Source: a virus
IMG/VR virus record: IMGVR_UViG_3300010397_000007
Coordinates: 5,042-69,041 of that record
Length of the DNA: 64,000 nt
Reading direction: 5' to 3' (one strand)
Part shown: positions 39,609 through 49,241 of the stretch, in pieces
How the letters are laid out: each line of letters opens with the position of its first letter
Numbering within the stretch: the stretch's first letter is position 1
Notes under the pieces: generated by a model
Seen by the model: the letters and a program-made list of their open reading frames with translations, nothing else
Told to the model about the DNA's origin: nothing
Database searches by the model: none
Made by a program: the position numbers and the translations under genes

Positions 39609-40486
39609 CTTTCCACCTCACCATTTGCCCAGATTTGGTGACAGTTCGGGCATGTCCAGTTGCCGAGATCGTCTGTCTTCCAGATGTTGTGCTTTATTTG
39701 GATGCCAAGAATCGTATTAAGATCGGGAACTTTGACACCCTTGTCGCCATACTGTTCCCGGACAATGTCAAATGCTTTGCGAAGGATGGAGACCATTCCG
39801 GCGTTAACTTCTGCGACTCCGATCGTGCGATGATGTTCGCAAATGTAGCCTGTGTGAGTAAAGAGGCGTAGCCCTGCTTCCTTGGCGTTCGAAGTGAAGT
39901 AAATATCTTCGGACATTTTCTGGCCAACTTCGCTATCGTAAATGATCTTGAATGGTGGCATTGGAACTTTGTCGAAGACGCGCCGGCGGATACACATTGC
40001 GCCCGTCCCACCTGCACCAATTTCGTGCCAATCAACGGAAGCAAAATCGTGAGTTACCATTTGCCCGTTAGTCCACTCACCGGCACAAACCATGGGCTTC
40101 AAATTGTCAAAAACCCAATATGGAAAAATCGCGATGTCACACTCTTCGGGCATGTTGAGGATGGCATCGATGAGATCTGCCGGAGGTTCGATATCGTTAT
40201 CGAACATCACCCAACGGTCTGCGGTAGTTTGTAGAAAATGATTTTGATAGGCCGAATTCCTGGCAGCGGAAATAGGGTGAATGGAATTTGTAGGGGCAAA
40301 GGAGAAGCTATACTTGCCCGCAAAGGATCCAAAAACCCAACGAATAATGTTAGTTGCGAGTTGGGGATGCACCCAGCCATTGCGCTCACGAGTCGTGAAG
40401 ACGGAGCAGAAAATGTGCGGAGGGGCCGGCTTATTGATATTGGCTGGGATTGGCCGAGGAAAGAATCGGCGCTTCGATTTTGACAT
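39593..40486 (-). CDS. GT-A fold (family 2-like) glycosyltransferase
   Basis: ARN, VMFDNDI (DxD), GTGAMCIRRRVF, SEDIYF. Confidence 0.8.
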   Translation of the reverse strand: MSKSKRRFFPRPIPANINKPAPPHIFCSVFTTRERNGWVHPQLATNIIRWVFGSFAGKYSFSFAPTNSIHPISAARNSAYQNHFLQTTADRWVMFDNDIEPPADLIDAILNMPEECDIAIFPYWVFDNLKPMVCAGEWTNGQMVTHDFASVDWHEIGAGGTGAMCIRRRVFDKVPMPPFKIIYDSEVGQKMSEDIYFTSNAKEAGLRLFTHTGYICEHHRTIGVAEVNAGMVSILRKAFDIVREQYGDKGVKVPDLNTILGIQIKHNIWKTDDLGNWTCPNCHQIWANGEVERCQCK

Positions 40487-41105
40487 TTTTATTCTCGCTG
40501 TCTAATAAATATTGGTATGCACGAAATAGGCCGTTGGCATTGTCGGCAAAAATACCTAGAGCCGAATTGCACCGATGATGTATGAAGCCTCTAACTCTTC
40601 CTGTTTTGTGATCGTGATCTAGGACGGCCTTGGAGAACTCTATTGGCTCTCCGCAAGGAGGGCATATCCCTTGTTGGCTGGCAAATAATTCTTGGGCGGC
40701 ATCTGGGGAGATCCCATATTCCTTATATCTTCGTTGGCCCAAATAGCGATCGCGATTTTTAATCCAGTTTTTCTTTCCATGAGCAACGTGCCGGTCTAAA
40801 TTTTCTTTGTAGACCACGGAACAACATTTACGGCAGCGTGTAGTTTTGCCGTTTGGCCCACGGCCCTTGCTAAAATTGTCCCAAGAAAGAAATTCAAAAC
40901 AGCGTGTACATTTTCTTCCTGCCGATTCAATAACGAACTTGCGTCGGATTTCTTTATCTGGTTTGCCGTGCAAACAGGAGCGACAAATCGATTGATGTCG
41001 ATTTTTAGTTCTCGTATGTAAATTAAAAAACTCCCAGAGCTTAAAATGCTTACACCGAGTACAAACTCGGCCATCCGTACCAATGGGTGTCTTTGATAGG
41101 GCCAT
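40431..41105 (-). CDS. endonuclease VII-domain homing endonuclease
   Basis: YGIS...QQGICPPC...LDHDHKTGRVRGFIH..CN..LG; two N-terminal CxxC repeats. Confidence 0.85.
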   Translation of the reverse strand: MALSKTPIGTDGRVCTRCKHFKLWEFFNLHTRTKNRHQSICRSCLHGKPDKEIRRKFVIESAGRKCTRCFEFLSWDNFSKGRGPNGKTTRCRKCCSVVYKENLDRHVAHGKKNWIKNRDRYLGQRRYKEYGISPDAAQELFASQQGICPPCGEPIEFSKAVLDHDHKTGRVRGFIHHRCNSALGIFADNANGLFRAYQYLLDSENKNVKIEAPILSSANPSQYQ

Positions 41106-41620
41106 TATCGCGCCATCCAAATATTCGTGCCTTCAATAATCCTTACTTCGCCAAATTCCTTGTTGACTGCTTGTTGAACATCCGTCCAATTGGCGTCATG
41201 TCCACACAACAATCCCCCGTCTCGCAACTGTGAGCGCCAGTAATGAATGTCTCTAAATACACTCTCATAATCATGCGCCCCATCGATGAAGATCATGTCT
41301 GCCTCAATGGCTGGTGGCTGCGCGTGATCTCGGACGAAGATTCCAACGTTACGTAAGTGCGCCGTATTCGCTAAGAAATCGTTAAGTATCTGCGCTCGAT
41401 CCTCGTCAGGCATATCGATGTCACGGGGGCCGTAGAAGTCATCGACTACGAAGACGTTGCCCTTAGTATTCTCCGCCATCGCGACTGTGCTACGCCCGCA
41501 ATAACAGCCGACTTCTACCACGGTCTTATGCTCACTGGCCCGCTCCGCAAGCCAACGCAACTCAGGCTCGGTGGGCCAACGGTGATCGGGGATGGTGAGG
41601 GCGTGGGAGAGGTTTACCAT
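41105..41620 (-). CDS. class I SAM methyltransferase (Methyltransf_24-like)
   Basis: VVEVGCYCGRST, DMIFIDGAHDYE, GGLLCGHD. Confidence 0.85.
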   Translation of the reverse strand: MVNLSHALTIPDHRWPTEPELRWLAERASEHKTVVEVGCYCGRSTVAMAENTKGNVFVVDDFYGPRDIDMPDEDRAQILNDFLANTAHLRNVGIFVRDHAQPPAIEADMIFIDGAHDYESVFRDIHYWRSQLRDGGLLCGHDANWTDVQQAVNKEFGEVRIIEGTNIWMAR

Positions 41621-41826
41621 GGACGTGGCCCGAACGGATCATACTCAATGATTCTGCCGGGGCTAAGGGTTGTAACGGTCGCCGAAACCATATTGCATAA
41701 ACCGAGTATAATTGTTCTTTTTTCGGCGTTTAATTCTTTACAAACGCCCGTAGTACAAAGTCGTTCCCCGTAAGGAATGATTACTCCACAGGCCATGCAG
41801 ACATAAATGGGACATTCGTACGTCAC
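41614..41826 (-). CDS. small Cys-rich hypothetical protein
   Basis: CMACG...LC...C. Confidence 0.45.
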   Translation of the reverse strand: MTYECPIYVCMACGVIIPYGERLCTTGVCKELNAEKRTIILGLCNMVSATVTTLSPGRIIEYDPFGPRPW

Positions 41827-41832
41827 TCTAAA

Positions 41833-41861
41833 ACGTTAAACTAACGTCAAGAAAACGTCAA
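41833..41861 (-). promoter_or_regulatory. sigma70-like promoter for the methyltransferase/glycosyltransferase cassette
   Basis: Minus strand TTGACG-17 nt-TAACGT, the same hexamers as at 50263. Confidence 0.5.
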
Positions 41862-41910
41862 GCATTATTTTTGCCAACGGACTCGAATCCTTTAATAAGG
41901 AATAACGCTA

Positions 41911-42093
41911 TTAAAGTTTTCTCCCGACGCCGTGGAAGCCTGATTGGTATTCCTGCTTACCTTCGCCAGCTTTCTTTTTCTCAGACATGAAAATGGCGAT
42001 AGCTTGCTTATGGTTCTTAACCAATGGGCCACTTTTCGAACCGCTGTGCAGTTCTCCGGCTTTGTACTTGTCGAACACTTTATCGAAGGGCAT
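41911..42093 (-). CDS. DUF6496-like small protein
   Basis: KVF..YKAGELHSGSK.GP.VKN.KQAIAI.MSE. Confidence 0.75.
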   Translation of the reverse strand: MPFDKVFDKYKAGELHSGSKSGPLVKNHKQAIAIFMSEKKKAGEGKQEYQSGFHGVGRKL

Positions 42094-42105
42094 AAATGTA
42101 TTCCT

Positions 42106-42321
42106 CTATTTCCCGACCCCATAAAATCCCTGTTGGCCGATGCTCGGGTACTTGGAATGCACCTTCGCACGGACTTTGGATTTCTCCTCGGGCGAACCGA
42201 ACTCGCTGACACGCGCTAGGGCATTCTTAGCGTGAGATTCATCTTCCACGGGATATCGTCTCCCTGGCAGAGCGAACTCCCCGGTTGGGATTGCGTTACG
42301 GGTTGATGCGGTTAACTTCAT
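42106..42321 (-). CDS. DUF6582-like small protein (start MKLTA)
   Basis: R..IP...FALPGRRYP..D..HA.NALARV; AAGGAG RBS. Confidence 0.7.
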   Translation of the reverse strand: MKLTASTRNAIPTGEFALPGRRYPVEDESHAKNALARVSEFGSPEEKSKVRAKVHSKYPSIGQQGFYGVGK

Positions 42322-42331
42322 ATCATTCTCC

Positions 42332-44752
42332 TTAAGCTTCACTCGACGGCAAGTCAATGCGGCGCGGACTTCCTTCGGGAGTGATTGAAGGCGGCATTGA
42401 GTTACCGAGATAATCCTCTGGTGCTCCGCCAATGTCAGGGAGTTGTTGTTGCGGTTCCCCATTCGGGCCGAGTCGAGGATCCGGGGCTTGTTGTCCTTGA
42501 GGGACTCCTCCACTCTGCGCGAGCGCGGCATCTTGTGCGCCGGCCATTGCTCCAGCTACAGCTTCCCCTGAGGGAATCTCAGCGGTCGCTGGGACGTCAG
42601 GGTCGATGCCGGCCTGTGTCAACGCTAGTCTGCGAGCGGCTATGTCAGTCGCAAGCATCTTGCAATATTCAAGCCACGCTTGCTGACGATCTGGAGGAAG
42701 TTCATCGTACTCATCCGTCTTCGCGAAGGTCACAGCCTCGCCCATCAGGACGGCGCTATTGTCGATGAGCGGGCGAACTTCGGGAATCCACGCAGGCTCC
42801 TTGATGAAGCGATCCTGCACCTTAGCTGCGTACTCGATATCTTTATTCATCGCACCCAGAAGGTCGAGAGCGCCGAAGCGTTTAAGCACTTCCATACGCA
42901 TCTGATCGTCGGCGGGGTTAATCATGGCGAGTTGGACGAGCTGGGCGATCTTTGCCTGCTCGGTTGCCATTGACTTAGGCGGGAGAGCGTTGTAGTCGAT
43001 GATGATGTTTAGGGAACCTTGGAGATCAGCCTTGCTGAACTTCTCCGCCTGCCACTTTCTATTCTTCCCTGCGATGACACGGATACGCTTCTCATCCCAG
43101 TTCTGCCTAGCGATCTCTATGGCGTAAAGGTAGAACTGCATCCACGCTTCGGCCCAGGCGGCGCGAACGGATGAGAGGGATTGCTGGCCCTTCTCACTTA
43201 AGAATGCGAGCGCCGAGGCCGCGGTAACTCCCGGCGGGGCGTCCCCACCTTGGAGGAAGAATGTCCCCGCGACGCGCTCGATTGCATCGTCGATGCGTTG
43301 CATCCAGACCATGAGAGGGCCGAGATTGTTAAGTTCGGCGGGGATGCGTTCGGGCTTGACAGGAGTCGTTCCGCCAACTGCTATCGGGTTGTAGTTTATG
43401 ACTTGTCCACTCTCGCCGGTAATGATGTCCACGCCGGAGCCCTTGGGATTGAACCAGACAGGATTGCCCATGCGTTGAACGGTGATATTGATATTCGCTT
43501 CGACGACGTTGCGAGTAATTTGGAGGGGGACGACGTCATCGATCGGGGTCTTCGCCCAGAAGCGTCCGGGGACTTTCTGATAGCCCCAATGGATGAGTGG
43601 GAGAAATCTTTGTCCCTGCTTAACTCCCGCGCCGTACACACTCGGAAGCGGTCCCGCATCTACAACTGCGGAGGAATTTGAACCGAGGCGGACGGCCTTG
43701 ATGCCCTCGGGGAAATCATCGGAAGGGAGTTCGTAGAATTCGAACGCGGTGACCTTGGGAGTTTTACTTGCGCTTGATCCGCTAGCGCTGTTGCTGAATA
43801 GCCCCGCGCCGAAGCGATAGGCTGAGGTCGTATTCGCGAGGACGTCGAGATAGTATTGTCCAGGATCAGAGTCGCCTTCATCGGGGACGATGAGGTCAGG
43901 ATCGATTCCACCTACCCAATTACCCTTCTCATCTTTCTTTCCGCCCCAACGTTCCTTCGCCCAATCGAGGTCGTAACGACGTTGGCGGACGAAGCGTTTG
44001 AGATGTTTGTAAGAGGTGACACGATGGTCGAGACGGATTTCGAAAGGGCCGCAGACGTCTAGTTGAATGGCTCCGCGAGGCATCTCATCGATTAACTCTC
44101 CGCCCATAGCGTCTGAGACAGGAGGAGCAGGAGCCATGGCGTTTTCGCCGCACTCGGGGCATGAGCCGCCAGAGGCTACGAGATCTTTAGGAGAGATAGG
44201 GCCATAGCCGCAGGCTGTACATTGTTGGAAGGGAACTTGTGCTTGACCAAAGCGATCATCGAGATCGTAGTTTGCGATACCGAAACAATTGCCGGTGGAG
44301 ACAAGCCATGCCGCGACTTCGTGTTGCTTCTCATCTTCCTCGGCTTCTGTCCTAATTAGGTCAATGAGGGATTCGCCAACTTCGCTAATCCCCACGTCAG
44401 CCTCATCATCAGGGTCGCTAGGTTGACAAGAGAGCGGGATGCGTTTCCCTTGGACTAACTGCCCAACGAGGTCGTTGTATATTTGGGCTACTTTGTTCGT
44501 GTAGGTACGGGGGAAGCCGACGAACGGGACTGACTTACGCTGCCAGCGGCCATTGCGATCTTTGATGATCCATTGAGCGCCGGCGATCATTAGGAGATTA
44601 CGAAACCAACCGGACTCAAAGAGCTGGTGATTCCACTTGTCACTATCTAAGACACGATCGATGCGGCTACTGACTGCTTGAATATCCTCGTAAGGATTCT
44701 CCGACTCGGGAGATAGGGTATTCGAGGTATTGAGATCAAGCTGGTTTGCCAT
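42332..44752 (-). CDS. portal protein (podovirus type, with Zn-ribbon insertion)
   Basis: 806 aa after the terminase; PFEIRLD, GRFWAKT, TAASAL, Pro/Gln-rich tail. Confidence 0.85.
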   Translation of the reverse strand: MANQLDLNTSNTLSPESENPYEDIQAVSSRIDRVLDSDKWNHQLFESGWFRNLLMIAGAQWIIKDRNGRWQRKSVPFVGFPRTYTNKVAQIYNDLVGQLVQGKRIPLSCQPSDPDDEADVGISEVGESLIDLIRTEAEEDEKQHEVAAWLVSTGNCFGIANYDLDDRFGQAQVPFQQCTACGYGPISPKDLVASGGSCPECGENAMAPAPPVSDAMGGELIDEMPRGAIQLDVCGPFEIRLDHRVTSYKHLKRFVRQRRYDLDWAKERWGGKKDEKGNWVGGIDPDLIVPDEGDSDPGQYYLDVLANTTSAYRFGAGLFSNSASGSSASKTPKVTAFEFYELPSDDFPEGIKAVRLGSNSSAVVDAGPLPSVYGAGVKQGQRFLPLIHWGYQKVPGRFWAKTPIDDVVPLQITRNVVEANINITVQRMGNPVWFNPKGSGVDIITGESGQVINYNPIAVGGTTPVKPERIPAELNNLGPLMVWMQRIDDAIERVAGTFFLQGGDAPPGVTAASALAFLSEKGQQSLSSVRAAWAEAWMQFYLYAIEIARQNWDEKRIRVIAGKNRKWQAEKFSKADLQGSLNIIIDYNALPPKSMATEQAKIAQLVQLAMINPADDQMRMEVLKRFGALDLLGAMNKDIEYAAKVQDRFIKEPAWIPEVRPLIDNSAVLMGEAVTFAKTDEYDELPPDRQQAWLEYCKMLATDIAARRLALTQAGIDPDVPATAEIPSGEAVAGAMAGAQDAALAQSGGVPQGQQAPDPRLGPNGEPQQQLPDIGGAPEDYLGNSMPPSITPEGSPRRIDLPSSEA

Positions 44753-45144
44753 TAGTTAATGTCCTTCTGAACACCCATGAGGATTACTTTGATCTCGGGA
44801 GAAATTTCTGCATCGCTTTCCAAGTCGTCGAGGCTCTCTGCGTAGAATTGCCCGACGCGATCACGGAGTTCCTGCATCTCCGCCTGAGCGGCTTCGTTAC
44901 TTGCTTCGGATTTCGCTACGCCTAACTCTGTAATCGGAGCGATACCGTTTTGTTGAAGGAGAGCGTCAGAGGCGCGGTCAGCACGGTTACGTTCTGCATC
45001 GATTCTGTCACGTTCGTGGTCGAGGAGATGTTCTAGTTTAGTTATGTATTCTTCACGTTGACGTAACTGGAGTGTCATGCCTTCGAGTTGAGCTTGGAGG
45101 CGAGCAATGTCGATACGCAGTTGACTTTTGGTAATCCAACGCAT
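44752..45144 (-). CDS. coiled-coil hypothetical protein
   Basis: Heptad-rich ORF coupled to the portal gene. Confidence 0.7.
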   Translation of the reverse strand: MRWITKSQLRIDIARLQAQLEGMTLQLRQREEYITKLEHLLDHERDRIDAERNRADRASDALLQQNGIAPITELGVAKSEASNEAAQAEMQELRDRVGQFYAESLDDLESDAEISPEIKVILMGVQKDIN

Positions 45145-45151
45145 TACAATG

Positions 45152-45178
45152 AGGCCTCCGGCCTAACCCCTCACAGAG
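45152..45178 (+). repeat. Hairpin-CTCACA element copy 9 (unpaired)
   Basis: AGGCC-TCC-GGCCT aaccc CTCACA GAG. Confidence 0.9.
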
Positions 45179-45609
45179 CAAGTAAAGCCCTCTGTACTCG
45201 AACGGCGGGGATAAAATACTGCTAGCGGCTTGGCTCGTTTGATGAACTTGGTAAACCGATAGCGGTAAAGATATCCGCCGCCAGTCATGGGCAAATTTGG
45301 AAGTAGCCCAATTTCAAGCTCGCCGCGCATTTCGTTGTGCGGAGCAACATGCCAAGTGATTCCAGCCCAGCTAATTCCTAACAGAGGCGTGCGGATAAAC
45401 CATTCGTCAGCACCCCGGCGCTCAAATGCAAAATAGGCGTGCAGACAAATCCAACGATGCTTTTTAGGCACCCACTTAGACCAGAACCAACGCGCAGGCC
45501 AAGAGCTTCGTTCTTCATGCAACTGTTTTTGTAGAACATCTTTCTCGTCCCATGCCTTTTTAAGTTCTACTTCCAATTCGTCCCTATCTACGTCCTTTAG
45601 GTAGTCCAT
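45163..45609 (-). CDS. hypothetical Trp-rich protein
   Basis: ORF between terminase and portal. Confidence 0.6.
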   Translation of the reverse strand: MDYLKDVDRDELEVELKKAWDEKDVLQKQLHEERSSWPARWFWSKWVPKKHRWICLHAYFAFERRGADEWFIRTPLLGISWAGITWHVAPHNEMRGELEIGLLPNLPMTGGGYLYRYRFTKFIKRAKPLAVFYPRRSSTEGFTCSVRG

Positions 45610-45611
45610 GG

Positions 45612-47249
45612 CTAGAAATCCTCATCCGTCTCTTCAATCTTTGCTAACTGTTCCCCGAAATCGTAACCGTCTTCGTCCTCTTCGACGCTTTGTAACAGTC
45701 CCTTACGGTTCCCTTTTATTTTACTCTGAATTGCGGCTAGTCTTTTGTCGAACGAACGCCACTCTCGGGCGGCCATGGGATCGGCTGACTCGATCTTCTC
45801 GTAGCGGGTGTTATCGAGCGCGGCCTTCGATGGTTCCGGGGCGTCCATGATGATGTAACGTTGGGCTTCTACGCTATCGAAGCGTGCTGTCGCCGTTTTG
45901 TACATTACGTCAACCTTGTTAGGATCCCACTTAGCCGTGTCATGTTCGCGTCGCCAGACTTCGTCATTCTTGAATACGAAGATGCGAGGGGAACCCTTGG
46001 CGCGGAACTTTTCGATCTTACGCGGGGGCTGAGTGTCTAAGTACCATTGGGGAAGCGAACGCCTCTCGTTAACGTGGAAGTAGCCTTCCATCCTGAGTAA
46101 GCCAGGATTGATAGCCTTCTGGGCCGTCTGGCAGTAGATGCCATGCTCAGCGAACTCTGCCCTCACGGGGAGGTTCTCAGGGTCGATGATGAACTTGCAA
46201 CGGTTCTCATTCCAAGGGATGTTACGTTTAATCCAGTTGATGACCGGCAATATCTTCCCCCCACGATCGTGATAAGAGGGAGCGACGATTAAGTTCCCGT
46301 ACTCGTCGATGTAGTTCGGGACGATTGCCCAAGGGCTATCTCCCCCAACGTCTATACCAACGACGCACTCCCAATGACGAGGGATTGTGAAGGGTTCAAC
46401 GTTATGGACGGAGGAGAAGTTATCGTCAACGATCCCCGCTTCGTAGTCCTTAAATAGCTTCCCTTTGAAGTCTGCGAACGAGCAGTAAACGTAACGCTGA
46501 ACCCAGTCTTCCCCATACTGTTCAAGCAGGGAGTCGAAGTATTCATCATCAACGAATCCGCCATTCGACACTCGATTCTCTTCAGAGTTGATCGCGATGC
46601 CGACGACGTTCTTCTCTGGCCTCATCGCTTGATAGAATTCGCCGCCAGGGAGAGCCATCGTCCTGCCGCTCTCTTTATCCTTCGGCCATTCGCGCATCCC
46701 CCGGAAGGCCTTCTCCCAAATCCAGTCCCTTCCTGCGGGATTGAGCGTGGCGAAGCCGAACTTGCGAGGGGCGATGGGAAGGGACAAGCGCGAAATCATC
46801 GCGTCCCAGTGATGCTTCTCGCATTCCTCAATCTGATCGATCCCAAACCAGCCGAGGTTCATTCCGATTCGGCGAGTCTTGATCGCTGTTTGGGAGGAAG
46901 CGTTGGCGTCGTGGAGGTGATTGAGGATGATGAGGGAGTTATTGCGGAGCGTGTAGGTGCGATTCTTGACGTGATAAGCCTTGATCCACGACTTAGGGAT
47001 GATCTGATCTAGCAAGGGCTTTAGACGAGCTTCGACGTCGGTGCCTCGATAGCAGAGGAGCATTCCGACGTTGTTTGGGATCGCAGCGGAGAGAATGAGC
47101 CCCTTGACGCACATGGAATGGGACTTGCCTGACCTAAATCCCCCAGCGATGAAGGAGTAACGTTCAGGCGAGGAGATGAATTCGGTCTGAGAAGGGAGGA
47201 GCTTGCCGAGGAGATTCTCTCCAATTTCAAAGCTGCGTATATTTGTCAA
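45612..47249 (-). CDS. terL: terminase large subunit
   Basis: GGFRSGKS Walker A, WFGIDQ Walker B, TLNP motif, nuclease VGIDVG, DSVEAQRY. Confidence 0.9.
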   Translation of the reverse strand: MTNIRSFEIGENLLGKLLPSQTEFISSPERYSFIAGGFRSGKSHSMCVKGLILSAAIPNNVGMLLCYRGTDVEARLKPLLDQIIPKSWIKAYHVKNRTYTLRNNSLIILNHLHDANASSQTAIKTRRIGMNLGWFGIDQIEECEKHHWDAMISRLSLPIAPRKFGFATLNPAGRDWIWEKAFRGMREWPKDKESGRTMALPGGEFYQAMRPEKNVVGIAINSEENRVSNGGFVDDEYFDSLLEQYGEDWVQRYVYCSFADFKGKLFKDYEAGIVDDNFSSVHNVEPFTIPRHWECVVGIDVGGDSPWAIVPNYIDEYGNLIVAPSYHDRGGKILPVINWIKRNIPWNENRCKFIIDPENLPVRAEFAEHGIYCQTAQKAINPGLLRMEGYFHVNERRSLPQWYLDTQPPRKIEKFRAKGSPRIFVFKNDEVWRREHDTAKWDPNKVDVMYKTATARFDSVEAQRYIIMDAPEPSKAALDNTRYEKIESADPMAAREWRSFDKRLAAIQSKIKGNRKGLLQSVEEDEDGYDFGEQLAKIEETDEDF

Positions 47250-47425
47250 TCGCTATCCTCGCCATAGTCAAACTCTTCAAGCGCCGCGTCGGTCAGGGTG
47301 ATCTTGATCGCGCCGCCCTCCTCGAATAGCAACATCGCGAAGGGCTCCTCACCGGGGTCATTGGCGGACACGCAAAGAAGTCTCTGCCCAACGAACTCTT
47401 CAAGCAGCTCTCTAACTTTGCTCAT
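47246..47425 (-). CDS. 59-aa hypothetical protein
   Basis: MSKVRELLEEFVGQRLL...; stop overlaps the terL start. Confidence 0.6.
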   Translation of the reverse strand: MSKVRELLEEFVGQRLLCVSANDPGEEPFAMLLFEEGGAIKITLTDAALEEFDYGEDSD

Positions 47426-47592
47426 CGCTTGTTCCCCTTTGGAGTTCGATAGGCTTGTTGGACTAGCTCTAATAGCTGCTTCTGCCAGTCATCGTAGCGC
47501 GTCACGTTACCGCGCCAGACTTCTTTATCATTAAGTGTCGCTATCGCTTCGTAAGTGCCTGCTTCTTTGTCGATTATCGTCACGGAGAGCAT
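47422..47592 (-). CDS. 56-aa hypothetical protein
   Basis: MLSVTIIDKEAGTYEAIATLNDKEVWRG...; ATGA-coupled. Confidence 0.55.
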   Translation of the reverse strand: MLSVTIIDKEAGTYEAIATLNDKEVWRGNVTRYDDWQKQLLELVQQAYRTPKGNKR

Positions 47593-47593
47593 A

Positions 47594-47623
47594 AGAAAAA
47601 GGGAGACTTAGAGTGTCTCCCTT
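47594..47623 (-). terminator. terminator-like hairpin
   Basis: Minus strand AAGGGAGAC-actctaa-GTCTCCCTT-TTTCTT. Confidence 0.6.
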
Positions 47624-47816
47624 CTATCTTAGCGCGAAAGGAAGGGCGCGGGGTGGGAGGAGCAGGAGGGAAGGGCTATAGGCTGAAGTCTATTAGGAGA
47701 ATGATTGCTGATAGCCTATGGGCTAGATATTGCAAGCTTGCCTCATCGCTCCAACACTCGACCCAACCTGTGTCGGTCTCATCGGCGCGGGCTTATTGTT
47801 ACTCGGCACCATCGGC

Positions 47817-48476
47817 TTACGTAGATTCTGAGTCTTCGAGTCCGTCGCTTTCGGTTTCCTCTGGTTCGCTACGTTCATTAGTCCTTGCATCGTCTTCCTC
47901 CTCCTCAATATTATCATTCACCTTGAGGCCCATGCGTTCGAGCAGAGGGCCGGCACCGAGGAGAGTTAGAGGCTGGGGCTTGTTATCGTAGTCCACCTTC
48001 TTATCCATCTGCATCGCCGCGCCGAGCATCTTCATTGACGCAACCCAGCGAGTATCGTTGCGCTTGTCGTAAGCTTGCCCCCAGTTCAGCGCGACCCAAC
48101 GTTTCTGCGCGTCGTCGCCGAGGCCTACCTTTTCCAGATGTTGCCGCAACGCTCGCTGGATCTGTGGCGAACGTTCGAGAAGCTTAGCGTGACGGATGAT
48201 GGCTTCGTCAGTTGGAGGCTCCCAACCGTTAGCCTTCGCGGAGGCTTGAAGAATCTTAGTCGTCGCGGCCTCGTAGTCCATGACGTGATCGAGGAGGATT
48301 CGGGCGACGTGGGCGGCTACCTCTGGACGTTGATATCTAATCTTGTAACGATCCTCCCCTCGTGAGTTCACCCCGTAACCGTCGCCTAGCTGTTCAAGAG
48401 TGTAAGGCTTGCGTTGTCTCTTCTTTGGAGGCTTCTCGTCAGGTTGAGGGGCGGGTGGAAGGAGTTCGTCAGACAT
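47817..48476 (-). CDS. putative terminase small subunit
   Basis: Helical protein upstream of terL; LERSPQIQRAL, acidic tail. Confidence 0.55.
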   Translation of the reverse strand: MSDELLPPAPQPDEKPPKKRQRKPYTLEQLGDGYGVNSRGEDRYKIRYQRPEVAAHVARILLDHVMDYEAATTKILQASAKANGWEPPTDEAIIRHAKLLERSPQIQRALRQHLEKVGLGDDAQKRWVALNWGQAYDKRNDTRWVASMKMLGAAMQMDKKVDYDNKPQPLTLLGAGPLLERMGLKVNDNIEEEEDDARTNERSEPEETESDGLEDSEST

Positions 48477-48500
48477 GGATCAATTGTAATGGATGCGACA

Positions 48501-48527
48501 GGGGCTCCGCCCCAAACCCTCACAAAG
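48501..48527 (+). repeat. Hairpin-CTCACA element copy 10
   Basis: GGGGC-TCC-GCCCC aaacc CTCACA AAG. Confidence 0.9.
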
Positions 48528-48601
48528 GAATGATCGGGGAAAGCTATACTTGACCGTAGTCTAGATAGAGTAAAGCACGATTGACCGTAGGGCAGCCGTC
48601 T

Positions 48602-48628
48602 CTTTGTGAGATCTTGCGGCGGAGCCGC
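48602..48628 (-). repeat. Hairpin-CTCACA element copy 11
   Basis: Top strand CTT TGTGAG atctt GCGGC-GGA-GCCGC. Confidence 0.9.
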
Positions 48629-48930
48629 TACCGGGAGTAAGGTTTCTGAATGGACATCTCATTCCGTTCCCAGAATGTATGCCACCCGACTCCCTTTTAG
48701 CGCTTTGGCAAGCCGACGATTTCCGCCTTGAGTGACAGCACCTTCATGATGCGATCTCGGCTCTACAGGGTGCACTGTTTGCGGCCAAACTTGGTCGAGA
48801 AGGCATAGTCCTCGCTACTCCGATAGCATCTCAGCAACGGTATCCGTCTGAAGGTAATCGTTTCGCTATCCCTATACGTCCTACCGCCCCATTGTGGCGG
48901 CTGCTCTGAATGTGAGCTACTTCCCGAACC

Positions 48931-49131
48931 TTAGTACAAAACCTTCTCCGCAACTTTCGCGGACTTCTTTGCCCCATTCACCGCAACCTTCGGGGCCTTA
49001 GCAACGACCTTGGTCGCCTTCACAACAACCTTCCCTCCTGGCTGCACAACGTAGTGATAACTCAGGCGAGCGAGGCCGGCGTGGGCGAAGGAAGCAACGA
49101 ATAGCAATGAGACTGCAAAATATTTCTTCAT
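48931..49131 (-). CDS. small secreted basic protein
   Basis: AGGAG RBS; signal peptide MKKYFAVSLLFVASFAHA; Lys/Val repeats. Confidence 0.7.
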   Translation of the reverse strand: MKKYFAVSLLFVASFAHAGLARLSYHYVVQPGGKVVVKATKVVAKAPKVAVNGAKKSAKVAEKVLY

Positions 49132-49241
49132 AATCCGTGTCTCCTAAAAAGGGGCGAGAGCATCGACCAGTCCAATGACGCTCTCGCCGGAGGGTTATTT
49201 GACCTTCCAATCTTACAATAACGTAACGTCGGGGTCAAGCA

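Noticed and set aside
11293-47249. Numerous + strand ORFs of 60-210 aa overlapping late genes
   Set aside because: These are antisense shadows of long coding genes, with no RBS or motifs.
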